DNA of 64,000 nt. Source: an uncultured Terracidiphilus sp. (GTDB taxonomy: Bacteria; Acidobacteriota; Terriglobia; Terriglobales; Acidobacteriaceae). Positions 39,083-48,396 of this stretch are shown in pieces (position 1 is the first letter of the stretch; the number at the start of each line of letters is the position of its first letter). The translations under genes and the position numbers were made by a program. The notes below the pieces were generated by a model that was not told where the DNA came from, made no database searches, and was given only the letters and a program-made list of their open reading frames with translations. The stretch spans positions 6,815 through 70,814 of the forward strand of contig CAZLMY010000007.1 of assembly GCA_964560845.1 (NCBI GenBank). The letters are read 5' to 3'.

Positions 39083-41188
39083 ATGTCCGTCGCTGAATTC
39101 CGCACCATCGCCGAGCGATCTCGCGAACTGTTATCCCAACTCACCTTAGCCGAAAAGGCAAGCGTACTATCGGGATCGAACGGATTCTACGCCGGCATAG
39201 CCGACATGATGATCGGAGGCTACGGCGCTCACACCTGGGATGCCGGCATGGTCGAGCGCGTCGGGATTGAAGGACTGAAGTTCCTCGATGGACCGCGTGG
39301 TGTGGTTATGCGCGGCGCGACAACATTCCCCGTTTCCATGGCTCGCGGCGCAACCTTCGATGTCGATCTGGAAGAACGGATCGGTGAAGCGATCGGCCGC
39401 GAGGTGCGCGCGTTGGGCGGCAATCTCTTCGCCGGCGTCTGCATCAATCTTCCGCGCCATCCGGCCTGGGGCCGAGCGCAGGAGACCTACGGAGAGGACC
39501 CTGAGCATCTGGCAAGCTTCGGAGTGGCAGCCGTGCGCGGCGTGCAGCGTCACGCCATGGCTTGCGCCAAGCACTTCGCGTTGAACTCCATGGAGAACGC
39601 ACGTTTTCTTGTCGATGTCACAGCCAGCCCACGGGCATTGCACGAGGTCTATCTGCCGCACTTCCGGCGGTGCGTGGATGCGGGAGTTGCGTGCATCATG
39701 AGCGCCTACAACTCGGTCAACGGAGAATACTGCGGCGAGAACGAGGCGTTGCTGACCGGCATTCTCAAGAAGCGCTGGGGATTTCGCGGCTTTGTGATCA
39801 CCGACTTCATCTTCGGCCTGCGCGACGGGGCCAAAGCCGTGCGGGCCGGCCAAGACGTCGAGATGCCATTCCGCAACCAGATCGCAAAGAACCTGGAGCG
39901 TTGGGTACGGGAAGGCAAGGTTTCGATCGAGCGGGTGGACGATGCGGTGCTCCGCATTCTGACGACGCAACTGGAATTCGCTGCAAGGCCTGCATCGGCG
40001 GTCGACAAGAAGGTCCACACTGCGCTCGCTCGCGAGGCTGCGGCGAAGTCGATCGTTGTGCTCAAGAACGACGGGCTGTTGCCGCTTGGGAACGTGAAGC
40101 GTCTCGCGGTAATCGGCAAGCTTGCCGCTGTTGCCAACACCGGCGACGGCGGGTCGTCGAATACGATTCCCGATTATGTCGTGACTCCTTTGGAAGGGCT
40201 CCGCGCTGCGCTCGCGGATCGATGCGAGATTCTTTTCGACGACGGCTCGGACGCAACCAAGGCTGCGGCTCTGGCTGCCAGTTGCGACGCCGCGATCGTC
40301 GTAGCGGGGTATACACACGCTGACGAAGGTGAGTTTGTTTCGCCCGGAAACGAGGCCGTCAAGAAGTTTTTCCCTCTGCCCCGCCTGCGCGACCTGCCGC
40401 ATCTGTTCAAGATCCTCTTGGAATCGCGAAGGGGGCGCGCGGGAGGGGCTTTCGCTCCCGGCGGCGACAGGACCCGGCTCACGCTTCGACCCGAAGACGA
40501 AACGCTGATTCTTGCCGTGGCGGAGGCAAATCCTCGCACGGCTGTAGCCGTGATGGCCGGCTCGACGGTTCTCATGGAAGCCTGGCGCGAGCGTGTCGCC
40601 GCGATATTGATGCTGTGGTATCCAGGGCAAGAGGGCGGACATGCCTTTGCCGACATCTTGACGGGCCGCGTCAATCCAAGTGGGCGGCTGCCTTTCGTCG
40701 TGCCTGTCGAGGCCGCGCATCTTCCCTACTTCGACAAGGACGCCACCTCGATCGTCTACGACCTCTGGCACGGCTATCGCAAGCTCGACCGCGACGGTCA
40801 TACACCGGCGTTTCCCTACGGCTTCGGGTTGAGCTACACAACGTTCGCCTATAGCAACTTCACCGCGGTGCGCGATGGCGATTTATTGAAGCTGAAGCTG
40901 CGCGTTGCCAATACCGGTACGCGCGACGGCGACGAGGTTGTGCAAGTCTATGCCAGTGCAATGAACTCGCAAGTTGAGCGCGCCGTGCGCGAGCTGAAAG
41001 CATTCACGCGCGTCAGCGTACCGGCCGGCAGCTCGAAAGATGTCTCGATCGACCTGCCCATCGAGCAGCTCGCTTACTTCGATGAAAAGCGGGATGAATT
41101 TGTTCTTGAGCCTCTGGTGTACGAATTCATTGCTGCGCGCCATGCGAGTGACGCCAATGCGCCAAGCGTAAGGGTGCGGTTGCCGTGA
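39083..41188 (+). CDS. Cytoplasmic glycoside hydrolase family 3 beta-glucosidase
   Basis: KHFALNSMEN and GFVITDF (GH3 nucleophile region). Fn3-like C-terminus ...GDEVVQVYAS. No signal peptide. Confidence 0.9.
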   Translation: MSVAEFRTIAERSRELLSQLTLAEKASVLSGSNGFYAGIADMMIGGYGAHTWDAGMVERVGIEGLKFLDGPRGVVMRGATTFPVSMARGATFDVDLEERIGEAIGREVRALGGNLFAGVCINLPRHPAWGRAQETYGEDPEHLASFGVAAVRGVQRHAMACAKHFALNSMENARFLVDVTASPRALHEVYLPHFRRCVDAGVACIMSAYNSVNGEYCGENEALLTGILKKRWGFRGFVITDFIFGLRDGAKAVRAGQDVEMPFRNQIAKNLERWVREGKVSIERVDDAVLRILTTQLEFAARPASAVDKKVHTALAREAAAKSIVVLKNDGLLPLGNVKRLAVIGKLAAVANTGDGGSSNTIPDYVVTPLEGLRAALADRCEILFDDGSDATKAAALAASCDAAIVVAGYTHADEGEFVSPGNEAVKKFFPLPRLRDLPHLFKILLESRRGRAGGAFAPGGDRTRLTLRPEDETLILAVAEANPRTAVAVMAGSTVLMEAWRERVAAILMLWYPGQEGGHAFADILTGRVNPSGRLPFVVPVEAAHLPYFDKDATSIVYDLWHGYRKLDRDGHTPAFPYGFGLSYTTFAYSNFTAVRDGDLLKLKLRVANTGTRDGDEVVQVYASAMNSQVERAVRELKAFTRVSVPAGSSKDVSIDLPIEQLAYFDEKRDEFVLEPLVYEFIAARHASDANAPSVRVRLP

Positions 41189-41274
41189 TGGGCTCCGGTA
41201 GAAGATCCGTCGACGTTGACCGCACCCTGGCAGGGTGTTCTCATTCTTGCGTAGAGGGTGGCATTCCGTGACGG

Positions 41275-42144
41275 CTAGGCGAGATTGCGTTTGTAAAGTG
41301 CAAGGAGTTCGGCCCAGGCGCGTTCGGCTCCCTCTTCGTTGTAGACCTGGCTGCCGCGCACAGTCCAGCCGTGATTGCAGCCGTTGTAGACCTCGACAGT
41401 TGCGGTGAGATGGGCTGCGGCAAAGGCTGCTTTGAGTGTGTCCTTGGCAGCGGGATCGCGCTTGTCGTCGTTGTCGGCAACCGCACAGAGAACTTCCGCT
41501 TTCATCTTCGGGATGAGCAGGTGGGGGCTGTCGGGCTTGTCGGTAACCAGGCCTCCGCCATGAAAAGTGGCTGCGGCGCCGACGCGGTTGGGATTAGTGG
41601 CCGCAGTGCGGAAGGTGAGCGGGCCGCCCATGCAGTATCCCTGAACGCCCATCTTCTTTTTCTTGTCGGTTTGAGGCTGTGCATCGAGGAAGCCGGCGTA
41701 TGACTTGGCGTCAGCGATGTTGGCGGCGGCGGTGAGGGCTGCCGCCATGGGCATGACTTTGGCGCGGTCTTCAGGTTTGCTGAAGTCGAACGACCCATCG
41801 ACCACAGGCGCCTTGGCGTTGCGATAGAAGGGATTCGGGACCAGAACCACGTAGCCCTGGGATGCGAGCCGTTGGCCCAACCCCCGGAAAACGGGCCGAA
41901 GGCCGAGGATATCGGTCCACACCAGAACGGCGGGCCATGCGCCTTTGCCCTCAGGGTAGAAGAGAGCGGAATCGGAGACGCCGCTGGCCATGGGCACGTC
42001 GACGTCGGTCTCGACTACTCTGGCTTGTGCCGTTGCGGCGGGCGCGTGCAGCCCGACGGCGGCGGCGGCGGCTCCGAGGCCGAAGGCGCGGCGCGAAACG
42101 GTGGGATCGTGTGTGAGGCCTTGGTGAATGAATTCATCGCACAT
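41275..42144 (-). CDS. Dienelactone hydrolase family protein with Tat-like signal
   Basis: SRRAFGLGAAAAAVGLHAPAATAQA, GYCMGG nucleophile elbow, ...VYNGCNHGW. Start set to ATG 42144. Confidence 0.85.
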   Translation of the reverse strand: MCDEFIHQGLTHDPTVSRRAFGLGAAAAAVGLHAPAATAQARVVETDVDVPMASGVSDSALFYPEGKGAWPAVLVWTDILGLRPVFRGLGQRLASQGYVVLVPNPFYRNAKAPVVDGSFDFSKPEDRAKVMPMAAALTAAANIADAKSYAGFLDAQPQTDKKKKMGVQGYCMGGPLTFRTAATNPNRVGAAATFHGGGLVTDKPDSPHLLIPKMKAEVLCAVADNDDKRDPAAKDTLKAAFAAAHLTATVEVYNGCNHGWTVRGSQVYNEEGAERAWAELLALYKRNLA

Positions 42145-42349
42145 GCGGTGGAAGTCTCCTGGGTTCTCTTCCGAAAAGTATGGGGGAAGCGGCACGATTT
42201 GTCGATCCGATAAAGTGAGAGGATGTGTCCGGCGTCCAGGAGGCATCTGAATATGCCACCGAGAATGGACCTCAACTTAGACTATGGAAGGAAGCGGTCA
42301 GGTCCTGGTTTGGCATGAATGAAACTCAACCTCAATGGCAGGTATTTGG

Positions 42350-43186
42350 CTAAGCCTTCCACTGGTAGAAAACGCCGCGCAGGTATCGCTTGGGCTCCAG
42401 TTCCGGACAGATTCCGGAGATCGATTCAGTTGAGCCGACGATGAGGGCGCCATCTCGTGCCAGACACCTGGTCAGATTCCGAAACAACCTGATCTTGTCA
42501 GGCTCGGTAAAGTAGATAGCCACGTTGCGGCAAAGAATCACGTCGAAAGGGTTTGGAAAGGAGAACGGCTCCAGAAGGTTCATCGTCCGGAAGGAAGCAA
42601 GGGAGCGAATCTCGTCCCGAACCCTCCATCGCTCTCCGGAAGCCTTGAAATGCCGGGTGAGCATTTCCTGGGACATGCCGCGTTCCAGTTCCATGCGGGT
42701 GTATTCGCCATAACTCGCCTGGGCCACGACCTTGTTGGAGATGTCGGTTCCCAGGATGCGAATGTCATAGCGAGTTAGATCGCCGAGCAGTTCCTTGAGC
42801 ACCATGGCAATGCTGTAGGCCTCCTGCCCGGTAGAACAAGCGGCGCTCCAGATGCGGATCGGGATCCGTGTACCGTAACCATTGCGGCGGTCTACCAGTT
42901 CGGGAACGAGCTTGTGGCGAAGCAGGTCAAAGGGAGCCGCATCGCGAAAGAAGGAGGTTTCATTGGTGGTGATGGCTTCAATGACCCGTGCGCGAAGTTT
43001 TGAGGTCGAGTCGGCCCGCACTTTATAGAACAATTCAGCGAAGCTGGTTACGCCAACGTCGGATAGCAGGGCGGCCAAGCGCGTCTCGACAAGATAGCGC
43101 TTGGAATCGTCCAAGCTGATTCCGCAGATCTCCTGGATATAGCGGGACCATGCCGGCATTTCTTCGCGCGTGATGGCAACAGTCAT
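42350..43186 (-). CDS. cheR: Chemotaxis protein methyltransferase CheR
   Basis: TNETSFFRD and IRIWSAACSTGQEAYS. 4-nt overlap with cheB. Confidence 0.92.
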   Translation of the reverse strand: MTVAITREEMPAWSRYIQEICGISLDDSKRYLVETRLAALLSDVGVTSFAELFYKVRADSTSKLRARVIEAITTNETSFFRDAAPFDLLRHKLVPELVDRRNGYGTRIPIRIWSAACSTGQEAYSIAMVLKELLGDLTRYDIRILGTDISNKVVAQASYGEYTRMELERGMSQEMLTRHFKASGERWRVRDEIRSLASFRTMNLLEPFSFPNPFDVILCRNVAIYFTEPDKIRLFRNLTRCLARDGALIVGSTESISGICPELEPKRYLRGVFYQWKA

Positions 43187-44310
43187 CCTCGATATCCCTT
43201 GACAATGGCGGAGATCCGGCCGGCAATGGATTCCAGCGGCAGGACGACATCGACAACGCCGGCGTCGAGCGCGGCTTTGGGCATGCCATAAACGACACAG
43301 CTCGGCTCATCCTGGGCAATCACATAGCATCCGTGGCGCTTGAGGAGCCGCAAGCCGAGGGTTCCGTCGCTGCCCATTCCCGTAAGAATCACGGCCATGG
43401 CGCGGCCGGGAAACCTGCTGGCAGCGGAGCGAAACAGGTAGTCGACGGAGGGCCGGCAGTTGTTTTCCGGAGGGTCGTCGGTAATTTCGATGACCGGCTG
43501 CATCTCCGAGCCTGTGCCAAGCCGCATCTGCCGTCCGCCGGGCGCGATGTAGACCGTGTTCGGCTCGGGATGATCGCCATGCGCCGCTTCTTTGACACGG
43601 AGCGAGCATTTGCCGGCCAGCCTTTCGGCCAGCGATATGGTGAAGATAGGCGGCATGTGTTGCACGATCAGGATGGGGACGCCAATATCCTTCGGGATGG
43701 TGGGGAGAATCTCGGCCAGAGCATTGGGTCCGCCGGTCGAGACGCCGATGAGGACCATTTCCGGCTTGGCAGGATTGGAAATGCGCTGCATCCGTCTGCC
43801 GATGTCGTTGATGGATGGGCTTTCAGGCAAAGGTTCCGGCCGAAAAGCGGGTTTGGGAAGGGGCGGGCGGGGGGAATTGGAACCGCCGCGCAGAATAGCG
43901 CGGACTTCGAGGCGATGGGCCAGGGCGCGAATGCGGGGAGTCAGTTCCCGCAGCATTTGCTCCCGCGCTTGTTCCGGAGATGCGGAATCGGGTTTGGTGA
44001 TGAAGTCAAAAGCCCCCTTTTCAAGGGCGCGCATGGTGAGTTCGCCGCCGCGATGGGACAGGGCGCTGACGACGATGACCTCGACCTTGGGTGCTCCGCT
44101 GCGCAGCAGGGCATCAAGGACCGCCAGGCCATCCATCTCCGGCATCTCGATGTCGAGAGTGAGAATGTCGGGCTTCAGTTCCCTGACCTTCTCCAAGGCA
44201 AGCTTGCCGTTGCTCGCACTGCCCACGACCTCGACTCCCGGAAGAGAGGCAAGCACATCCGCAAGCACCCTCCGGAAGAGGACCGCATCGTCGACAACCA
44301 GGACTCGCAC
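43183..44310 (-). CDS. cheB: Chemotaxis response regulator protein-glutamate methylesterase CheB
   Basis: REC: RVLVVDDAVLFRR...DILTLDIEMPEMDG. Esterase: IGVSTGGPNAL, QHMPPIFT, GMGSDG. Confidence 0.93.
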   Translation of the reverse strand: MRVLVVDDAVLFRRVLADVLASLPGVEVVGSASNGKLALEKVRELKPDILTLDIEMPEMDGLAVLDALLRSGAPKVEVIVVSALSHRGGELTMRALEKGAFDFITKPDSASPEQAREQMLRELTPRIRALAHRLEVRAILRGGSNSPRPPLPKPAFRPEPLPESPSINDIGRRMQRISNPAKPEMVLIGVSTGGPNALAEILPTIPKDIGVPILIVQHMPPIFTISLAERLAGKCSLRVKEAAHGDHPEPNTVYIAPGGRQMRLGTGSEMQPVIEITDDPPENNCRPSVDYLFRSAASRFPGRAMAVILTGMGSDGTLGLRLLKRHGCYVIAQDEPSCVVYGMPKAALDAGVVDVVLPLESIAGRISAIVKGYRG

Positions 44311-44312
44311 GT

Positions 44313-44813
44313 CTAGCCTTTCTTCTCGTCGTTCGAGAGCGGGTTTGGCAACAGGTCATCGACACCAAGCACCGCGGCCAGATCAAGCAGAGCCACGAGG
44401 CGCTGACCGCTGTGAAACACACCGCGCAGTTTCTGCATCTGCACGCCATTGAGGTTCGGGGGAGGATGGTCCAGCCCGCCCGGCGGGACCACAACCGCGT
44501 CGGCTACGCTGTCAACAAGCAACCCGACAGGCTCGCCTTTCCAGTCTGCGATCAGGATGCGGCTCTCCGGGCCAATTTTGACGGAGCCCAGTTCCAGACG
44601 CACGCATAAATCGATCAAAGTAATGATCCGGCCTCGCAAATTGCGGATGCCTGCCACAAAATCCGGAGCATGCCGTACAGGCGTGATCTCGCCCACCATG
44701 ATCACTTCCTGGATCAGGGTGGCATCGATTGCGAAAAGGCCATCGGCTCCGAGATAGAAGGTCGCGGTCAGCAGATCCTCATCGGTTTCAGGATCGGAAA
44801 TTATTGTTGCCAT
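44313..44813 (-). CDS. cheW: Chemotaxis coupling protein CheW
   Basis: CheW-like fold, ...FAIDATLIQEVI...IRNLRGRIITLIDL...VGLLVDSV. ATG 44813 with GAGGAAG SD, 10 nt after the MCP stop. Confidence 0.9.
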   Translation of the reverse strand: MATIISDPETDEDLLTATFYLGADGLFAIDATLIQEVIMVGEITPVRHAPDFVAGIRNLRGRIITLIDLCVRLELGSVKIGPESRILIADWKGEPVGLLVDSVADAVVVPPGGLDHPPPNLNGVQMQKLRGVFHSGQRLVALLDLAAVLGVDDLLPNPLSNDEKKG

Positions 44814-44823
44814 GTCCACTTCC

Positions 44824-45687
44824 TCAGACTCTGAATTTGGCCACTTGGGCGCCAAGTTGTTCCGCCAGTTTGGATAGTTCGGCGGCACTGCTCTGCACCT
44901 GTTCGCCGCCCTCCTGGATGCCGGACACGGCCAGGTTCACATTCGCAATGTCCGCGGCAATGCTCTTCGACACTTGCGCGGTTTGAGAGACGTGTTCATT
45001 GGCATCGCGCACGCCTTCCGAAGCACGGGCTATATTGCCGGCCACATCCCTCGTGACTGTAGCCTGCTCTTCAATGGCCGCCGCGATGCTGGCCACAATT
45101 CCGCCCACGTCGCGGATGACCGTGGCAATTTGAGCCATATCGCCGACCGCCATGCCGGTGGAGCTCTGAATGCCGGCAATGCGCGCCTTGATGTCCAATG
45201 TGGCTTCGGCAGTCTGCTTGGCGAGTTCCTTGATCTCGTTTGCGACGACCGCGAAGCCCTTGCCGGCGCTGCCCGCGCGGGCGGCTTCGATGGTAGCATT
45301 CAACGCAAGCAGGTTGGTCTGCGCCGAAATGTTGGTGATGGTCTCGGTGACCAACCCGATCTCCTGAGCCGCCTGACCCAGCTTTTGCATCTGTTCCGCG
45401 ATGGTCCGCGCCTGCGTTGTCGCGTCCTCGCTGATGATGCGCGCCCGCGCAGTATTGGCGGAGATGTCGCCCACCGTGGCGCTCATCTCTTCCGTGGCGC
45501 TGGCCACCGAAGCCAGGCTGTTGGAGGATTGCTCCATGCCTGCGACGATCGAGAAGACATTGGTGCTGGCCTCTTCGGCTGCCGCGGCCACGGTATGAGT
45601 CCGGTCGGAGACAGTGGCTGTTCCGTATGCCGTCTGCTTGGAAATGGCCGAGAGCTCCGTTGCGGAACTGGCCAAGGTCTGCACGCC
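44824..45687. repeat. Paralogous MCP signalling-domain segment (copy 1 of tandem duplication)
   Basis: The last 287 codons align without gaps to 46625-47488. Long identical peptide runs, and roughly 80% nucleotide identity by eye in the compared stretches. Confidence 0.8.
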
Positions 45688-46542
45688 GGCCGAGATATCG
45701 CTTAGCAAGTTGCGCAGGCTGTTCTTCATGCTGTTCAGGGCGGTAGTCGCTTCGCCAATCTCGTCGGTAGATTCCACCACCAGATCCGCTGCCGAGAGGT
45801 CGCTGTTGGCAATCCGATTGGCAAAGTCAACGGACTTCCTAAGAGGCCGGATCACCAGTTTGCGAATCAGCAGGTAGACCGATCCGCCGGAAGCCAGAAG
45901 CGTGAGAAAACTCAGCAGGAAGATTGCCACTGAATTGGAAAAAGAGGTTGCCACAAGCTGGTCGGTGGACGCAGTTACGGCGAAGGCGCCTCGCAAATCG
46001 CCGACTTTCATGCCTTCCTTGGCATACCCAAATGGGCCTTTTTCGCCCACGGGATCGCCATGGCACACCAGGCAATCCTGGGTAATGCGAACCGGCCGCG
46101 CATAGCGCATGACTTCTTTTCCGTCCGCCGATTGGCGTTCGGAGAATTCCTTCAGCGCAGGATCCGCTTGAAACATTTCCAGGGCGTGGCGCTCAAATGC
46201 GTCCGGCTGGTTCTTGGGATTGCGCGGAGTGAGGGAAGGCGTATGGAAAGTCATCTGATTCTTGTTCGCATACTCCTCGGCAACACTCCAGGCCGCAACC
46301 ACCGGCACCTGGCTGAGGGACCTGAATTTGCCATCGGGCACAAGAGTGGGCAGATTCCCGGAGAACCAGAGCTGTGTCTCGGTCGCCATACCGGTTATTT
46401 GGCGGATCTTGTCGCGGAAAGCTTCTTCCGCCTGCTGGTTGATCCGCCGCTGGGTGACCCAGAAGCTGATCAACGAACTGGTGGTGAGAACAAGGACGAT
46501 TGTTCCCACGATTTTTCCCGAAAGCTTGGCGTTCTTGAACAT
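44824..46542 (-). CDS. Methyl-accepting chemotaxis protein with periplasmic c-type-heme (CxxCH) Tll0287/DUF3365-like sensor
   Basis: TM1 (res 11-29). Periplasmic region carries CLVCH (codons at 46060-46074) within ...[23 protein letters not shown]...GDLRGAF. TM2, HAMP-like region and signalling-domain tip [32 protein letters not shown]. Confidence 0.9.
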   Translation of the reverse strand: MFKNAKLSGKIVGTIVLVLTTSSLISFWVTQRRINQQAEEAFRDKIRQITGMATETQLWFSGNLPTLVPDGKFRSLSQVPVVAAWSVAEEYANKNQMTFHTPSLTPRNPKNQPDAFERHALEMFQADPALKEFSERQSADGKEVMRYARPVRITQDCLVCHGDPVGEKGPFGYAKEGMKVGDLRGAFAVTASTDQLVATSFSNSVAIFLLSFLTLLASGGSVYLLIRKLVIRPLRKSVDFANRIANSDLSAADLVVESTDEIGEATTALNSMKNSLRNLLSDISAGVQTLASSATELSAISKQTAYGTATVSDRTHTVAAAAEEASTNVFSIVAGMEQSSNSLASVASATEEMSATVGDISANTARARIISEDATTQARTIAEQMQKLGQAAQEIGLVTETITNISAQTNLLALNATIEAARAGSAGKGFAVVANEIKELAKQTAEATLDIKARIAGIQSSTGMAVGDMAQIATVIRDVGGIVASIAAAIEEQATVTRDVAGNIARASEGVRDANEHVSQTAQVSKSIAADIANVNLAVSGIQEGGEQVQSSAAELSKLAEQLGAQVAKFRV

Positions 46543-46624
46543 GCGAACTCTCGTTTCTTTGGCCGGAAGTGGACATCAAAGGGACTCTCAGAAAAGGGCC
46601 CCTCGCATCAAATCTTGACTCGCA

Positions 46625-47488
46625 TCACATCTTGAACTGCGCTACCTGGGAACCGAGCCTTTCAGCCAGCACAGACAGTTCGGTGGCGCTGCTTTGTACC
46701 TGTTCGCCGCCGCGACGCATCTCGGTGACCGTCATGGTAAGGCCGGAGATATCGTGCGCAATGCCCTGGGAAACCGTCGCCGTCTGCGAAACATGTTCAT
46801 TGGCCTCGCGGACTCCGATGGAAGCCTGCGCGATGTTGCCCGCCACATCCTTGGTGACCGTGGCTTGCTCTTCGATGGCCGCCGCGATGCTGGCGACAAT
46901 CCCGCCCACATCCCGGATCACGTTTGTGATTTGCCCGATATCGCTGATTGCGGTGCCCGTCGAGCTCTGGATTCCCGCGATGCGCGCCTTGATATCCAGG
47001 GTGGCATCGGCGGTCTGCTTCGCCAGTTCCTTGATCTCGTTGGCAACCACGGCAAAACCCTTGCCTGCACTGCCCGCGCGCGCCGCTTCAATGGTCGCGT
47101 TCAAAGCCAGCAAATTGGTTTGGGCAGAGATGTTGGTAATGGTCTCGGTTACGTTTCCGATCTCCTGTGCGGCCTGACCCAGTTTCTGCATCTGGTCCGC
47201 GATGGTGAGGGCCTGAGAGGTGGCCTGCTCGCTGATGGCCCGAGCGCGCGAGGTGTTTGAGGAGATGTCGCCGACCGTGACGCTCATCTCTTCGGTGGCG
47301 CTGGCAACGGAAGAGAGGCTGCTGGAGGACTGCTCCATGCCCGAGGCAATCGACATGGTTGCGGCACTGGCCTCTTCGGCTGCGGCAGCCACCGCATCGG
47401 CTTGCTGGGCCATTGTGGCCGCACCGGAGGCCGTCTGCTTGGAGATTGCGGTGAGCTCGGTGGCGGAGGATGCCAGGGTGTGAACGCC
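46625..47488. repeat. Paralogous MCP signalling-domain segment (copy 2 of tandem duplication)
   Basis: See 44824-45687. Confidence 0.8.
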
Positions 47489-48322
47489 CTCGGCGATACC
47501 TCCTACGAGCTTGCGCAGGTTGTCGTTCATGGTCTTGGTCGTGTTGGCCAGCTCGCCCAACTCGTCTTTTCTGGCCAGCAGCGCTTCGGGCAAATTCACA
47601 TTGGTCAGGTTTCCCTCGGAGATCACCTTCAAACGCGCCACAACCAGGGCCAAGGGATCGAGAACCCTGTGACTGAAGATAAAACCGACTCCCAGGCTCG
47701 CCCCGATTGCCAGCAGGCATGCCAACGCGATAATCCATTCGGTCCTGACCTGGCTTTCGATTTCATGGTCAACATCGGCATCGATCAGCTCGGTAAGACT
47801 CGCCGTGAGCGCATCGGAGAGATCGCGAACCTGAGCTCCGTGCGGCTCGACCGTCGCCACCAGTTCCTCGTCTACGGACGCGATGCGCTTGGCTCCGCCG
47901 CTCATGGCTTCTTGAGCGATGGCTACCTGCTCTTGATGAAGCAGGGGCAGTTCAGTGGCGATCTTTGCCACCCGATCCTTGTTTTCCTGCAAGACGAATT
48001 TCCTGCTGCCTTCCGGCAAAGGGGCGAACGCGGTGTTGATTTCGGTCCAGTCTTCTTCGACCTTCTGCTTGTAAGCGGCGGCCTTGTCCATCTTTCCGTC
48101 TGAGACGAAGAGAAGAACGCGCCGGAGGTCGGATCTGGCCTTCATCAACTTCAAGTCAATTTGAGAAGACATCAGGAGGGTAGGGATCCTGGTGTCCTTC
48201 ATCCTGCCAAGCTGCTGGCGGACATCGATCGCCATGGTAATTACCAGAGCTGATGCGGCGATTACCACGATGAGAAGGGCAGCCAAGGCGTAAACCTTTT
48301 GAGTGCTCATCTTCTGATTCAT
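46625..48322 (-). CDS. Methyl-accepting chemotaxis protein with four-helix-bundle-type periplasmic sensor and HAMP
   Basis: AAGGAGAG SD. TM1, helical periplasmic region of about 170 aa, TM2, HAMP (...DELGELANTTKTMNDNLRKLV), and the same signalling tip as its neighbour. Confidence 0.9.
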   Translation of the reverse strand: MNQKMSTQKVYALAALLIVVIAASALVITMAIDVRQQLGRMKDTRIPTLLMSSQIDLKLMKARSDLRRVLLFVSDGKMDKAAAYKQKVEEDWTEINTAFAPLPEGSRKFVLQENKDRVAKIATELPLLHQEQVAIAQEAMSGGAKRIASVDEELVATVEPHGAQVRDLSDALTASLTELIDADVDHEIESQVRTEWIIALACLLAIGASLGVGFIFSHRVLDPLALVVARLKVISEGNLTNVNLPEALLARKDELGELANTTKTMNDNLRKLVGGIAEGVHTLASSATELTAISKQTASGAATMAQQADAVAAAAEEASAATMSIASGMEQSSSSLSSVASATEEMSVTVGDISSNTSRARAISEQATSQALTIADQMQKLGQAAQEIGNVTETITNISAQTNLLALNATIEAARAGSAGKGFAVVANEIKELAKQTADATLDIKARIAGIQSSTGTAISDIGQITNVIRDVGGIVASIAAAIEEQATVTKDVAGNIAQASIGVREANEHVSQTATVSQGIAHDISGLTMTVTEMRRGGEQVQSSATELSVLAERLGSQVAQFKM

Positions 48323-48396
48323 TGCAATTCTCTCCTTGATTACCTGTGCTGGTTCGCCGCCAAGCTGTCCGCCGGGTGCGACAAAAGTTCAATGTT

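Noticed and set aside
39167-40801. 544-aa minus-strand ORF
   Set aside because: Antisense to the GH3 gene at 39083-41188. Arg/Gly/Ala-rich composition and no recognisable domain.
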